Shown: positions 1 through 9,827, counted from the first letter of the stretch. The stretch is 62,805 nt of DNA from an uncultured bacterium (GCA_964526945.1 CAZGNA010000001.1:1-62805), one strand, 5' to 3'. Notes: generated from the sequence alone by a model not told the origin. Numbers and translations are program-made.

Positions 1-143
1 CTTTCGCGTCTGCCCCACAAGTGTCAACATCATTACGACTCAGTACACTCTAGAGATCGGGACTTTTGGCGCGCGGTTGGCGGTGTCCAGTGGCCGGGGG
101 TTGGCCAGGCTACCGACGAGCCGCAGGAGTGGGTACCGGAGGC

Positions 144-737
144 ATGCATGCTCGCTGGGCGATCGGGCTGGTGGCTGTGTTCATCGCAGGGGCGCTCGCT
201 GCGCCAGTAGGGCTTCAAGCCGTGGGGGACTTCCTCGTCGTCCGCGACGTGCTGCAGCCGGCTGACGTCATCATCGTCGTCAGCGGCGATGGTACCGGGG
301 AACGGGCGCGGAGCGCGGCAGCGCTCTGGCAGCGAGGCCTGGCCCCGTGGGTATTCGTCAGCGGGAGTCGCGCGGGCGCGGCCCGCGGCGGCGCGGCAGC
401 TGAGATGGTGCGGGTGCTCGTGCGAGCCGGCGTGCCCCGTGACCGAGTCGTGGTCGACGATCAGGCTGCCAGCACCCATGACAATGCCCGGCAGAGCGCG
501 GCGCTCATGGAAGCCCGCGGATGGAAGCGCGCAATCCTCGTGACCTCACCCTACCACAGCCGGCGTGCAGCGGTGATCTTCCGCGCCGCCTTTCGTCCAC
601 GCGGGCTGGGGCTCCGGGTGTATGCAACAGAGGCGAGTTTCTTCGAGGTGCGGGCGTGGTGGACGCGCGAGCAGGACCGTGCCCTGGTGCGTAGCGAGTA
701 CCTGAAGCTGGGGGCTTGGTGGCTTGGTATCCGGTGA
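144..737 (+). CDS. DUF218 / YdcF-SanA-ElyC family protein
   Basis: ORF 66..737. The motifs VVSGDG...WVFVSGS...STHDNA...ILVTSPYHSRRA are typical of DUF218. ATG at 144 precedes a hydrophobic N-terminus (MHARWAIGLVAVFIAGAL). The upstream start at 66 is not excluded. Confidence 0.75.
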   Translation: MHARWAIGLVAVFIAGALAAPVGLQAVGDFLVVRDVLQPADVIIVVSGDGTGERARSAAALWQRGLAPWVFVSGSRAGAARGGAAAEMVRVLVRAGVPRDRVVVDDQAASTHDNARQSAALMEARGWKRAILVTSPYHSRRAAVIFRAAFRPRGLGLRVYATEASFFEVRAWWTREQDRALVRSEYLKLGAWWLGIR

Positions 738-804
738 CGACTGCCCGGACCAGGATGGACCGTTACGGGCGTGCCAGCGGAATCGTGAGGAACGGAGCGA
801 ACGC

Positions 805-1395
805 ATGACCGATGAGGAGCAGCAGCGGCGCGGTGAGGAAGGACCCCGGGTGCGCGTGCGTCCGCGGCCGGGTCGGCGGGCGGAGCCGGTACGGGCTGTC
901 CTGGGCGAGGTGCGGACGCGCCTGCGGGACCTCGAGCGACGTTTTCTCGCGGTGCAGGCCGCTGCCGAGGCGCGCCCGCCAGCCGAAGTGCTGGGCGAAT
1001 ACCTGGTGCTGCTCCAGCAGGTGAAGGAGGTGGACCAACGGCTGGAGGGCGCCGCGGGCCGACGCGATCTGCAGTACGGAATGCACCTGCGGCTTCGTTA
1101 CCTGAACGACAACTGTCGATGGCTGAGCCGCCAGATCGCGGCGGAGGTGGTGTTGACCCTGCAGGTGCATCTCGAGCAACGGTTCAAGCGCGCGACCGAC
1201 CCGGATGCCTACCAGATGTTCCTGCGACTGGAGGAGCTGGCGGACACGGGGCGCGAGATCGAGCGGTTGTCGGACCGGGAGTTGATGGAGCGCCTGCGGG
1301 ATGGGACGCTGGTGCGCGATGTGCTGGAGGCGGTGCGTCTGGCGGACGTGGTGGCCTGGCCACTGCAGACGCCGCAGGCGCCGCAGACGTGGTGA
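805..1395 (+). CDS. hypothetical protein (charged, helical; no recognised domain)
   Basis: ORF 724..1395. ATG at 805 is preceded by GAGGAACGGAG. Its stop overlaps the GTG of the next gene (GTGA at 1392-1395). Confidence 0.5.
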   Translation: MTDEEQQRRGEEGPRVRVRPRPGRRAEPVRAVLGEVRTRLRDLERRFLAVQAAAEARPPAEVLGEYLVLLQQVKEVDQRLEGAAGRRDLQYGMHLRLRYLNDNCRWLSRQIAAEVVLTLQVHLEQRFKRATDPDAYQMFLRLEELADTGREIERLSDRELMERLRDGTLVRDVLEAVRLADVVAWPLQTPQAPQTW

Positions 1396-2678
1396 GCCAG
1401 TTTCCCGGCGAGGTGGACGAGGCAGCGACGGTGCCGACAGTTGCGGAGCGTCCGGATCTTCAGGTGCTCCCACCTGACGACGGGGCGACAGACGGACGCA
1501 CGCGCCTCACCGTGCTCCACGTGGTGGAGACACTGCGGACGGGAGGGACAGAACGGCAGCTCGTTGCCTTTCTGCAACGGTCGGACCGCCGACGGTTCCG
1601 ACATATCGTCTGCGTGCTTGCGGCCGGGGGACGGTTCGAGCACGAGCTGCAATGTCAGGGTGTTCCCGTATACCACCTGAACAGCCGGGGGCGGCTAAAC
1701 CCGGTGACGGGGGGGGTGCGCCTGCGACGGTTGGTGCGCGCCCTGCGCCCCGACGTGGTGCATGCGGCGTTGTTCTGGCCCGGTGTCCTGGCGAGGACCG
1801 TCGGACGCTGGAGCGGGGTTCCAGTGATCACGACCCTGGTCAACACAACGTACGAGCCCGAGTGGCGTCTTGACAATCCCCAGTTGACTCCGTGGAAGGT
1901 GTGGGCCGTGCGTATCGTCGATCGGGCCACGGCCCGATTGCATGGCACATGGTACGTGGCCATCACGGAGAGCGTGAAGATCTCAGCCGTGCGGCAGCTG
2001 CGAATCCCTCCTGAGCGCATCGAGGTCATTCCGCGAGGGCTGGTGCCTGAAAGCTATGCAGTGGAGGAGGACCCGGCGCGCATCCGGCGGGAGTTGGGCT
2101 GGGAGGACACGTATCCGCTGATCCTCAACGTCGGGCGGCTGGTGCCCCAAAAGGGCCAGCGGTACGCCGTTCGCGCCATGCCGGCTGTGGTTGCACGGTT
2201 TCCCAACGCCAGGCTGGTCATCGCGGGGGAAGGCCGGCTGCGGTCGATATTGGAGCGCGAGGTACGAGAGCTGGGCATGGACGCGCATGTCAGCCTGCTC
2301 GGGGAACGGACGGACGTGCGCAGATTGTTGCACGCAGCGGACCTCTTCGTCTTCCCGTCGCTGTTCGAAGGTTTTGGAAACGCGCTGCTGGAAGCTATGG
2401 CGGCCGGGCGACCGTGCGTCTGCAGCGACATTCCTCCCCTGCGTGAGGTGACCGACGGGGGACGTGTGGCAGTCTTGGTCGAACCACGATCGCCTGCCGG
2501 TCTGGCAGCAGCTCTGGTTCGTTTGGCGGCCGATACCACGACTGCCCGCGCGCTGGGGCACGAGGCGCAGGCATGGGTGCGCGAGCGCTACGACCTCCGC
2601 AGCGTCGTAGCGTCGCAGGAGGCGTTCTACGAGCGCGTGGTTCATGCGTCGGCCGTGCGCAAGGTGCAGGGGCCGTAG
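1392..2678 (+). CDS. glycosyltransferase family 4 (GT-B, RfaB-like)
   Basis: ORF 1119..2678. Homology starts at LTVLHVVETLRTGGTERQL, and a C-terminal EGFGNALLEAMAAGRPCV motif is present. The GTG at 1392 overlaps the upstream stop. The first ~90 codons of the ORF overlap the previous gene and look non-coding. Confidence 0.85.
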   Translation: MSQFPGEVDEAATVPTVAERPDLQVLPPDDGATDGRTRLTVLHVVETLRTGGTERQLVAFLQRSDRRRFRHIVCVLAAGGRFEHELQCQGVPVYHLNSRGRLNPVTGGVRLRRLVRALRPDVVHAALFWPGVLARTVGRWSGVPVITTLVNTTYEPEWRLDNPQLTPWKVWAVRIVDRATARLHGTWYVAITESVKISAVRQLRIPPERIEVIPRGLVPESYAVEEDPARIRRELGWEDTYPLILNVGRLVPQKGQRYAVRAMPAVVARFPNARLVIAGEGRLRSILEREVRELGMDAHVSLLGERTDVRRLLHAADLFVFPSLFEGFGNALLEAMAAGRPCVCSDIPPLREVTDGGRVAVLVEPRSPAGLAAALVRLAADTTTARALGHEAQAWVRERYDLRSVVASQEAFYERVVHASAVRKVQGP

Positions 2679-2780
2679 TCCCTCCCGAGTGGGCCGGGGT
2701 GGTCGGATCGGTGCAGTCGACTCAGCGCTCGTAGCCCCGTACGGCGGGAGGGGGCGCCCGACAAGGGGGTCAGTGGTCGG

Positions 2781-4256
2781 GTGTGCTCCACCGATCAAGG
2801 CGGCGACGGTGTTCTGGCTGTGGGTGACGTTCCGTACGGTGCGAGCGTGAACGCGAGAGACCGCGTGCTTCCACCTCGTGAGTCTGCGGCTTCGGTGGGG
2901 AGCTTCGTTGTCACGTTTCGCCGGCCAGGTGCCGTGCAGGACACGGTCCGGGCGCTCGAGAGGCAGACGTGGCCACCGAGCGAGATCGTGGTGCTCAACA
3001 ACGACGGAGCTCTGGCACTCGCTAGGCTCTTGGGGGAGCGGTTTCCGCGCGTTCGCGTTGAGAACCTTTCGGACAACCGCGGTTCCGCAGGAGGCTTCGC
3101 CCGTGCGTTGGAACTCGCGCGGGGCGCAGGGTTCACCTGGGCGTGGTTGCTCGACGACGATGCCACTCCCGCCCCCGATGCGCTCGAGCGCCTGTTGGCG
3201 GCGCACCGGACGTGGCCCACACGTGATGGAGGACCGGTCGGCATCCTCGCGCCCGTTCAGGTGTCTTCGCGACGGGTCTACGGGGTCGCGGCCTGGGAAG
3301 ACCGCATCGCGCCCTCTTCGATTCCGGGCGCGCAGGCCGATGGCCCCCCGTTCGAGGTCGACGTGACCTACTGGGCAGGCATGCTGGTTCACCGGTCGGT
3401 GGTGGAGACCGTGGGGCTGCCCAACAGCGCGTTCTTCCGCTGCTACGCCGACTACGAGTACTGTCTGCGTGCCCGGGCGGCCGGCTTTCGGATTCTGGCG
3501 GTGCCCGACAGCCGCATCTTCCACGAGCACAAGACCGTGACCGTGGTCCGATTTGGCCGCCCCAGCGTCCGCACGGTGCAGTCGCCCGAACGCACCTACT
3601 ACCACGCGCGGAACGCAGCGTACACCATGCGGTTCGTCCTTCGGAGCCGACGGGCCTTGGTCAATCACGTCGCACGCCAGCTGCGTCTTGCGCTTGGCGA
3701 TGTGCTCTACGAGGACCAGAAGGTGTGCCGGCTGCTGCTACGATTTCTCGGGCTCCTTGACGGGTGTCGTGGACGACTGGGGCGACGCGATCGGTTGGGC
3801 GGCGAATCTTGGAACGGGCAGACTGGTCACGCACTTCATGGCCATAAGCCACGCGGTGGCCGACGACGTCCGGCGTGTCTACCGCGTGCCGCCGCAGCGT
3901 GTCTCGGTCATTTATCGCGGCCTCGAGCCGTCGTGGTTGGTGCCCGAGTCTCCGGAGTGTGTAAGGGCGGTGCGCCGCGCCCTGGCTCCGCCGGACGCCT
4001 TCCCGATCTTGATTACGGTTGGCCGGCTGGTGGCACAGAAAGGGCAACAGTACGTGATCCAGGCCATGTGGGGTGTCCTGGCGCGTTTTCCGGGGGCGTA
4101 CTTGTGGCTGGTGGGAGATGGGCCACTTCGCGACACCTACCTGGCGCTCGCGGAAGGCGCCGGTGTCTCCGGCCGTATCAGCTTTCTTGGGACCCGCCGG
4201 GACGTGAAGCTCCTCTTGCACGCCGCCGACATCTTCGTCTTCCCGTCTGTCCATGA
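2781..4256 (+). CDS. glycosyltransferase family 2 (rhamnosyltransferase-like) with a non-native 3' extension
   Basis: GT2 motifs are present: SFVVTFRRPG..., NRGSAGGFARAL, WLLDDDATP. Recognisable GT2 sequence ends near LLRFLGLLDGCRGRLG (about 3790). The frame then stays open to 4256 only by running across a GT4 fragment encoded in another frame. Confidence 0.6.
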   Translation: MCSTDQGGDGVLAVGDVPYGASVNARDRVLPPRESAASVGSFVVTFRRPGAVQDTVRALERQTWPPSEIVVLNNDGALALARLLGERFPRVRVENLSDNRGSAGGFARALELARGAGFTWAWLLDDDATPAPDALERLLAAHRTWPTRDGGPVGILAPVQVSSRRVYGVAAWEDRIAPSSIPGAQADGPPFEVDVTYWAGMLVHRSVVETVGLPNSAFFRCYADYEYCLRARAAGFRILAVPDSRIFHEHKTVTVVRFGRPSVRTVQSPERTYYHARNAAYTMRFVLRSRRALVNHVARQLRLALGDVLYEDQKVCRLLLRFLGLLDGCRGRLGRRDRLGGESWNGQTGHALHGHKPRGGRRRPACLPRAAAACLGHLSRPRAVVVGARVSGVCKGGAPRPGSAGRLPDLDYGWPAGGTERATVRDPGHVGCPGAFSGGVLVAGGRWATSRHLPGARGRRRCLRPYQLSWDPPGREAPLARRRHLRLPVCP

Positions 4257-4560
4257 GGGGCTGGGGGTGGCCATGCTGGAGGCCATGGCCGTGGGGCGCC
4301 CGATCGTCGCTGCGAACATTCCCGCGCTGCGGGAAGTGACCGGGGGAGCAGCCGTGTTGGTGCCCCCGCGCCACGCAGATGCCCTTGGGGACGCCATCGT
4401 AGCGCTGGCAGAGCGGCCGGAGGAATGGGCAGTGATGGGTGCACACGGGCAGAAGACCGTGCGAACCCGGTTCGACATTGGCCGGAATGCTGACGCGTTT
4501 GCTGCACTGTGTATGAGGCTGACCACCGCAGCCAATAGACACGTCACCATTCCCGGATAG
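3769..4560 (+). pseudogene. glycosyltransferase family 4, C-terminal half only (N-terminal domain missing)
   Basis: Frame of ORF 3553..4560. It reads ISHAVADDVRRVYRVPPQRVSVIYRG..., ITVGRLVAQKGQ, HEGLGVAMLEAMAVGRPIVA. No GT4 N-terminal Rossmann half is present upstream in any frame. Confidence 0.6.
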
Positions 4561-4565
4561 CGTCG

Positions 4566-5921
4566 TTGGTCGTCCCGGCCTGGTTCGTGCGCCACGTGAC
4601 CTACCCGCTCTGGCAACAGCGGCGGGGTGGGGCTGTCCTGTCCGCCCTGGCGGAGTTGCAGAGGACACAATGGCTTTCGCCGGCGCAGCTGGAGTCGCTG
4701 CGGCTGGCGAGACTGCGCAGGGTGATCGACCACGCTGTGCGCTGCTCCTCGCTGTACAGGCAACGGTTTCTCGACGCGGGGGTGAGTGCAGACCGTGTAC
4801 AGTCCCTCGAGGATCTCGCACGGCTGCCGGTGCTGGAGAAGGCCGACTTACGGGACCGCGGATCTGAGGTGCGGACCGCCGCCACGACGGAGGGGCTGGT
4901 ACTGCGGCGTACGGGTGGTTCCACCGGCATCCCGCTTGCCCTGTGGGCGACTCCGGCCGCCCGCGACGCGTGGACTGCGGCCAGTTTGCGCTTCATGCAG
5001 TGGTGGGGGGTTGCCATTGGCGACCCGCGGCTGACGCTCATCAGCCGACGGACCCTCACGCGCGTGGGGTGGGTCAAGCAGTATCTCGGCGCCAACGTGC
5101 TTGAGCACTCCGCAAAGGACCTTTCGCCCCGAACGCTCGAGAAGATCTACCGTCGGCTCACAGCCGGCGGCATTGCCGCGTTGATGGGATACCCCTCCTC
5201 ACTCACCTATCTTGCCGACTACGTCCGCAGTCGAGGCGGATTGCGTCGGTCGTCGCTGCGGGCAGTGTTCACCACCGGCGAGGTTCTGCATGCGGATCAG
5301 CGGGCGCTGCTCGAGGAGGTCTTCACGTGTCCGGTGGCCGACGAATACGGTTCCTCCGAAACCGGCCACATCGCTGGCGAATGTCCCCGCGGGAGCCTCC
5401 ACATCGCCGCGGAGCAGCTGATCGTAGAGGTCGAGGGCAGCGGCGGGCGGGTTGGGGTGGAGGGGGAGCTGCTCGTGACCGATCTCCTGAACCTGGCGAC
5501 ACCTCTCATCCGCTACCGGATCGGCGACCGGGGCGCGCTGGGCAGCCCCTGCCCCTGTGGGCGGGGACTTCCCGTGCTCGCAATACGCGTGGCCCGCACG
5601 TCTGACCTGGTGGTGCTACCCGACGGGCGGCGGCTGGACTTCAGCGCCGTGGACGACGTGCTGGACGACCTGGTTCTCGCGGGCTTCCCTCTCCACCAGT
5701 ACCGGGTCGTGCAGCACGCCCTGGACGCTTTCGAGATCCTGCTGGCCACGCCGGCGCCACTCTCTCGCGATGTGGAGGACGACCTGCGACGGCGACTTCG
5801 CATGGCCCTCAACTATCCGGTTCATGTTGATGTCCGGCGCGTGGCCGAGATTCCTCCGGACGGAACCGGCAAACGGCGCCGCTTCGTCTCCAGGCTCCAC
5901 GAGCGGCACCGAACAGCCTGA
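4566..5921 (+). CDS. phenylacetate-CoA ligase family / CapK-like adenylate-forming enzyme
   Basis: TTG start ORF. Motifs RRTGGSTGIPL and DEYGSSETGHIA, a PCPCGRGLP element and a C-terminal GKRRRF are present. Confidence 0.8.
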   Translation: MVVPAWFVRHVTYPLWQQRRGGAVLSALAELQRTQWLSPAQLESLRLARLRRVIDHAVRCSSLYRQRFLDAGVSADRVQSLEDLARLPVLEKADLRDRGSEVRTAATTEGLVLRRTGGSTGIPLALWATPAARDAWTAASLRFMQWWGVAIGDPRLTLISRRTLTRVGWVKQYLGANVLEHSAKDLSPRTLEKIYRRLTAGGIAALMGYPSSLTYLADYVRSRGGLRRSSLRAVFTTGEVLHADQRALLEEVFTCPVADEYGSSETGHIAGECPRGSLHIAAEQLIVEVEGSGGRVGVEGELLVTDLLNLATPLIRYRIGDRGALGSPCPCGRGLPVLAIRVARTSDLVVLPDGRRLDFSAVDDVLDDLVLAGFPLHQYRVVQHALDAFEILLATPAPLSRDVEDDLRRRLRMALNYPVHVDVRRVAEIPPDGTGKRRRFVSRLHERHRTA

Positions 5922-6010
5922 TCGCTGCGGGACCGTAGCGCGCCCGCCAACGCTTCGGCTGCCATGAGTCGTCATAGCACGGCGATCGCACGCCTCGCCT
6001 GGTGGTGCAG

Positions 6011-7588
6011 ATGAAAGTCGCGAAGACGATACTGCGTAATCCCTGGCGCGTGTTCAACGTCTGGCGGCATGCATGGCGCGTGCTGGGGGAGCCGGTGACG
6101 CCCGCTGGGGCGCTGGACGCGGTGCGGCGGCGCATGGCCGAGCGGGAGGAGACGTTCCTCCGTACTGTGGAGCACACGGTGTTCGCCAATCCGGCCAGTC
6201 CGTACCGGGAGCTTCTGGCCGTGGCTGGCTACGACCTCCCGCGTGTGCGGGCTGTGGTGGCTGCGCGGGGTCTCGAGGGCGCGCTGGAGGAGTTGCGCGA
6301 CGCAGGCGTCTACGTGACGGTGCACGAGTTCAAGGGGTTCAGCGAGGCACGGCGCGGGGGGCGGAGCTTCCGCTGGCATCCGCGGCTGTTCGACAACCCG
6401 GCGGTGCGGTGGGGGTTGACTGCCACGTCGGGCGGGACACGCTCCTGGGGCGTGCCCTCAACCATCTCGGCCAGCAACCATCGTATGGGGGCAGAACACC
6501 TGGCCCTGGCGCTCTCAGCGTGTGGGCTGGATGACGCTCCTATGGCTGTCTGGATGTCCCATACGCAGGGTGCGAGCCTGTTCAATGTGTTGAGGCTGGC
6601 GGCGATGCGACGGCCACCCGCTGCTTGGTTTACGCAGTTCGCGAGCAACGGACGTTCCGGCCGTGCCCTCGACGTTCCACTGGTGGCCCTGGCGGCGCGT
6701 GCCCGCGGCGTGCGGTTGCCGCGTCCGACCCACGTCCCGATGGGAAGCGAAGAGCGCCTGCTGCGCTGGACTGAAGGGCACGTAGGACGCCATTGCGGGG
6801 TCTTCACCACGCCCAGTTTGGCCCTGCGGCTGGCGTTGGTTGCCGCACGGCGCGGGGTCAGCCTGCAGCATGTTACCTTCATTACGACTGCCGAGCCGCT
6901 CACGCCCGTGAAGTCGGCCGCTATTCACCGAGTGGGGGCGCGCGCATTTTCGTTACTGGGGTTCTCGGAGTTCGGTCCGGTGAGCTACGGGTGCGTGCAC
7001 GCAGTCGAGCCCGATGATGGGCACGTGTGCGAGGACGCCGTGGTGGTGATTCAACGGCGACGCGCCGTGGATGCGTTTGGCACGGAAGTGGATGCACTGC
7101 TCTTCACGTCGGTGCGTCCGGATGCGCGGAAGATTCTCCTGAACGTGGAGACGGGGGACTACGCGGCCGTGCTGCGGCGACCGTGCGGCTGTCCACTGGA
7201 GCGAGCAGGGTGGACGCAGCACCTGCTGACCATCCGCAGTTTCGAGAAGCTGAACGCGGAGGGGCGGCTGTTCTTTGGGGCGCAGCTCATCACGCTGCTT
7301 GAGGACATTCTGCCGCGGCAGTTTGGGGGTGATCCCACGGACTACCAGCTGGTCGAACAGGAGGACCAGGAGGGGTTCACCCGGCTGAGCCTTGTGGTCC
7401 ACCCGCGACTGGGGCCGCTTGACGAGAGCGCCCTCGTCGCGTGCGTGGAGACCACCCTCCGGGGCCTGCATGCGGAGAATGCGCGGGTGATGCAGCAGGC
7501 GGGGACGGTGCAGGTATGCCGGCGGCCTCCGTACGTGACGGGCGCGGGGAAGTTCATGCCGCTGCACCGCCTGCCGCCAGAGGGGTAG
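6011..7588 (+). CDS. divergent PaaK/GH3-like adenylate-forming family protein (tentative)
   Basis: ORF 6002..7588, ATG at 6011. It has a TATSGGTRSWG P-loop-like motif, RPCGCPLERAGW (compare PCPCGRGLP in its neighbours) and a C-terminal GAGKFMPLH. The assignment is by motif resemblance only. Confidence 0.55.
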   Translation: MKVAKTILRNPWRVFNVWRHAWRVLGEPVTPAGALDAVRRRMAEREETFLRTVEHTVFANPASPYRELLAVAGYDLPRVRAVVAARGLEGALEELRDAGVYVTVHEFKGFSEARRGGRSFRWHPRLFDNPAVRWGLTATSGGTRSWGVPSTISASNHRMGAEHLALALSACGLDDAPMAVWMSHTQGASLFNVLRLAAMRRPPAAWFTQFASNGRSGRALDVPLVALAARARGVRLPRPTHVPMGSEERLLRWTEGHVGRHCGVFTTPSLALRLALVAARRGVSLQHVTFITTAEPLTPVKSAAIHRVGARAFSLLGFSEFGPVSYGCVHAVEPDDGHVCEDAVVVIQRRRAVDAFGTEVDALLFTSVRPDARKILLNVETGDYAAVLRRPCGCPLERAGWTQHLLTIRSFEKLNAEGRLFFGAQLITLLEDILPRQFGGDPTDYQLVEQEDQEGFTRLSLVVHPRLGPLDESALVACVETTLRGLHAENARVMQQAGTVQVCRRPPYVTGAGKFMPLHRLPPEG

Positions 7589-7656
7589 GCTGCCTGGGCG
7601 CGCACGGAGGCAGGCAGTTGCGTCCCCTGGTGCGCGACAGAGGGCTGGATTGAAGC

Positions 7657-8955
7657 ATGAACTGGCGGTTTTTGGCGCAACGCCTGTGGCTCGAGCGAAC
7701 GCAGTGGTACAGCGCGGACCGTCTTCGCGCGTGGCAGGAGCGGCGGTGGCAGAAACTGCTGGTCCATGCCATGGCGCACTGTCGCTACTACCGGGAGGCA
7801 TTTGCAGAGTACCGCGACGGGGCGGCAGGGAACCTGGAGAGACTGCCTTTGCTTCCGGTGCTGACGCGCGCTGACGTGGCGCAGCAGCCGCTAGCCATTC
7901 TGGCCGACAATGCCTGGCGTTTTCGCCCGCACGTGGGCAGGACGGGCGGCACCAGCGGCAGGATGCTGGAGTTCGTGCGGGATCGGGCGACGGTCGACGT
8001 CGGCAACGCCGTGCGCGCGCGCTTTGCCGCCTGGCACGGGGTGCGGCGGGGACACCGGGTCGCAGAACTTCGGAACATGAGGACCTCCACGGGCACGCCG
8101 GACTTCCAGACGCTTGGGGCCTACTCGTCCAGCACGTCGACCCTGCGCCTGAACCTGCTGGTTCTCAGGGATCCCCGGCGATGGTCGGAGGTCGCTGCAG
8201 CGCTGGCAGAGTTCCGCCCCGACGTCGTGCGAGCAGGTTCGACGACGGCTTTGACCTACCTCAGTCTGTACCTGCTGAAACATCTCCAGTACGCTGTTCG
8301 GCCCTTCGTGGTGTTCGTAGGCGGCGAGCGGGTACTGCCGGATCAGCGGGCGACGATCGCCGAGGCGTTCAAAGCGCCGGTGGTCGAGCAGTACGGCAAC
8401 TGGGAGTACGTTGTCTTTGCCGGCGAGTGTCCACAGGGCAGACTCCATCTGGCCGCGGAGATGGGCATCGTGGAAATCCTCCGGGCTGGACGGCCGGCTG
8501 CGCCCGGTGAAGCTGGCAACGTAGTCGTGACGAACCTTTGGAACTTTGCCTTTCCCTTCATCCGCTACGCCATTGACGACGTCGCTTGGTTCGAGAGCGC
8601 CCCCTGTCCATGCGGGCGCGGCTTGCCCACCTGGCGGATCGTCGGTGGTCGCCAGAAAGATCTTCTGGCCACACCTGACGGATACGTGCACGTCCCCACC
8701 TCGCTCGTGGCGACACCACGCTGGCGGGGGAAGGTCGCGGGGATCCGGTTCTATCAGGAGACGCGGACTGCCGTCCTGGCGCAGGTGGTGAAGGGTCCCG
8801 ACTTCCGCCCGGAGGACACCGACGCCCTTCGCAACGAGATCCGGGAGTACCTGCTCGGTCGGCTGCGTGTGGACGTCGCGTTCGTCGATAGCCTCGAGCA
8901 GACCGCGGGTGGAAAGTTCCGGTCCGTGATCTCCACGGTGCCCGTCGAAGTGTGA
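7657..8955 (+). CDS. phenylacetate-CoA ligase family / CapK-like adenylate-forming enzyme
   Basis: ATG at 7657. Motifs GRTGGTSGRMLEF, EQYGNWEYVVFAGECPQGRLH, APCPCGRGLP and a C-terminal GGKFRSV are present. Confidence 0.8.
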   Translation: MNWRFLAQRLWLERTQWYSADRLRAWQERRWQKLLVHAMAHCRYYREAFAEYRDGAAGNLERLPLLPVLTRADVAQQPLAILADNAWRFRPHVGRTGGTSGRMLEFVRDRATVDVGNAVRARFAAWHGVRRGHRVAELRNMRTSTGTPDFQTLGAYSSSTSTLRLNLLVLRDPRRWSEVAAALAEFRPDVVRAGSTTALTYLSLYLLKHLQYAVRPFVVFVGGERVLPDQRATIAEAFKAPVVEQYGNWEYVVFAGECPQGRLHLAAEMGIVEILRAGRPAAPGEAGNVVVTNLWNFAFPFIRYAIDDVAWFESAPCPCGRGLPTWRIVGGRQKDLLATPDGYVHVPTSLVATPRWRGKVAGIRFYQETRTAVLAQVVKGPDFRPEDTDALRNEIREYLLGRLRVDVAFVDSLEQTAGGKFRSVISTVPVEV

Positions 8956-9051
8956 CCGATCGGCAGCGCCGCCGCCTTTGACGGTCTGGGGCGTTCCCGG
9001 GCGGGCACAGGCAGCGCGAGTTTGGGCAGTAGGGTCTAGCGTTCGTTTGTT

Positions 9052-9827
9052 ATGGCCGCCCCACGTCTTGTCGGCGTGATTCCTGCCGCCGGGCTCGGCC
9101 GCCGCCTGGGCCTGACGACGAGCAAGGAGATCCTGCCGATCGGTCAGCTGGATGCGACCGGCAGAGTACGGCTCCGGGCGGTTTGCGAGTCCCTGCTCGA
9201 GAGCATGGCGCAGGCGGGCGTGCAGCAGGTGTTCGTCGTGCTGCGAGCCGGGAAGTGGGACATCCCCGCCTTCCTGGCCGACGGCAGTCGCGTCGGCCTG
9301 CCGCTCGCCTACCTGGTCGTGCCCCCCACGCCAGGCGTCCCCCACACGGTGGCCGCCGCCCTCCCCTTCGTGCGTGGCGCGCTCGTGGCGTTTGGTTTCC
9401 CGGACATCCTGCTGCCGGCAGGATCGCTCTTTGCCCCACTGGTGGCCCGCGTGCGGGAGGCCGGGGCGGACGTCGCGTGCGGCCTGTTTCCGTTCTCTCG
9501 GCCGGGTGAGCAGGACGTGGTCGGCGTGGACATGCCGGGCGCGTTCTGGACCTGGTGGTCCGCGGGGCTGGCGCCCGGTCGTCGTACACCTGGGGCGTCG
9601 CCGTGTGGGGGCCTACGTTCAGCGAGTTCCTGGAGACGTACGTAGCCCGTCTGGCCGATCCTGCTGCGGGGGAGGTGGCGATGGGCGCGGCTTTTCGGGC
9701 TGCGCTGGAGGCGGGGCTGCGGGTGGAGGCACTCGTCGTGTCGGACGAGCCCTACATCGACGTTGGCACCCCCGCGGGGCTTGCTGCAGGCTGGCGCGGC
9801 GCGCTTACGGGGGTACCGCAAGCGTGA
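9052..9827 (+). pseudogene. sugar-phosphate nucleotidyltransferase (RmlA/GlmU N-terminal-like), frame-disrupted
   Basis: The N-terminus VIPAAGLGRRLG..SKEILPIG lies in the frame of ORF 9052..9645. The C-terminal part (RVLDLVV...YTWGVAVWGPTFSEF...YIDVGTPAGL) continues in the frame of ORF 9555..9827. The switch is at the G run 9537-9539. Confidence 0.75.

Noticed and set aside
1119-1391. The 5' extension of the GT4 ORF. Similar long 5' extensions occur in ORFs 39479..40546, 38725..39840, 59263..60051, 31799..32302 and 27901..28248.
   Set aside because: The extensions overlap neighbouring genes or intergenic promoters. They lack homology. They are bypassed by internal starts with good SD sequences.
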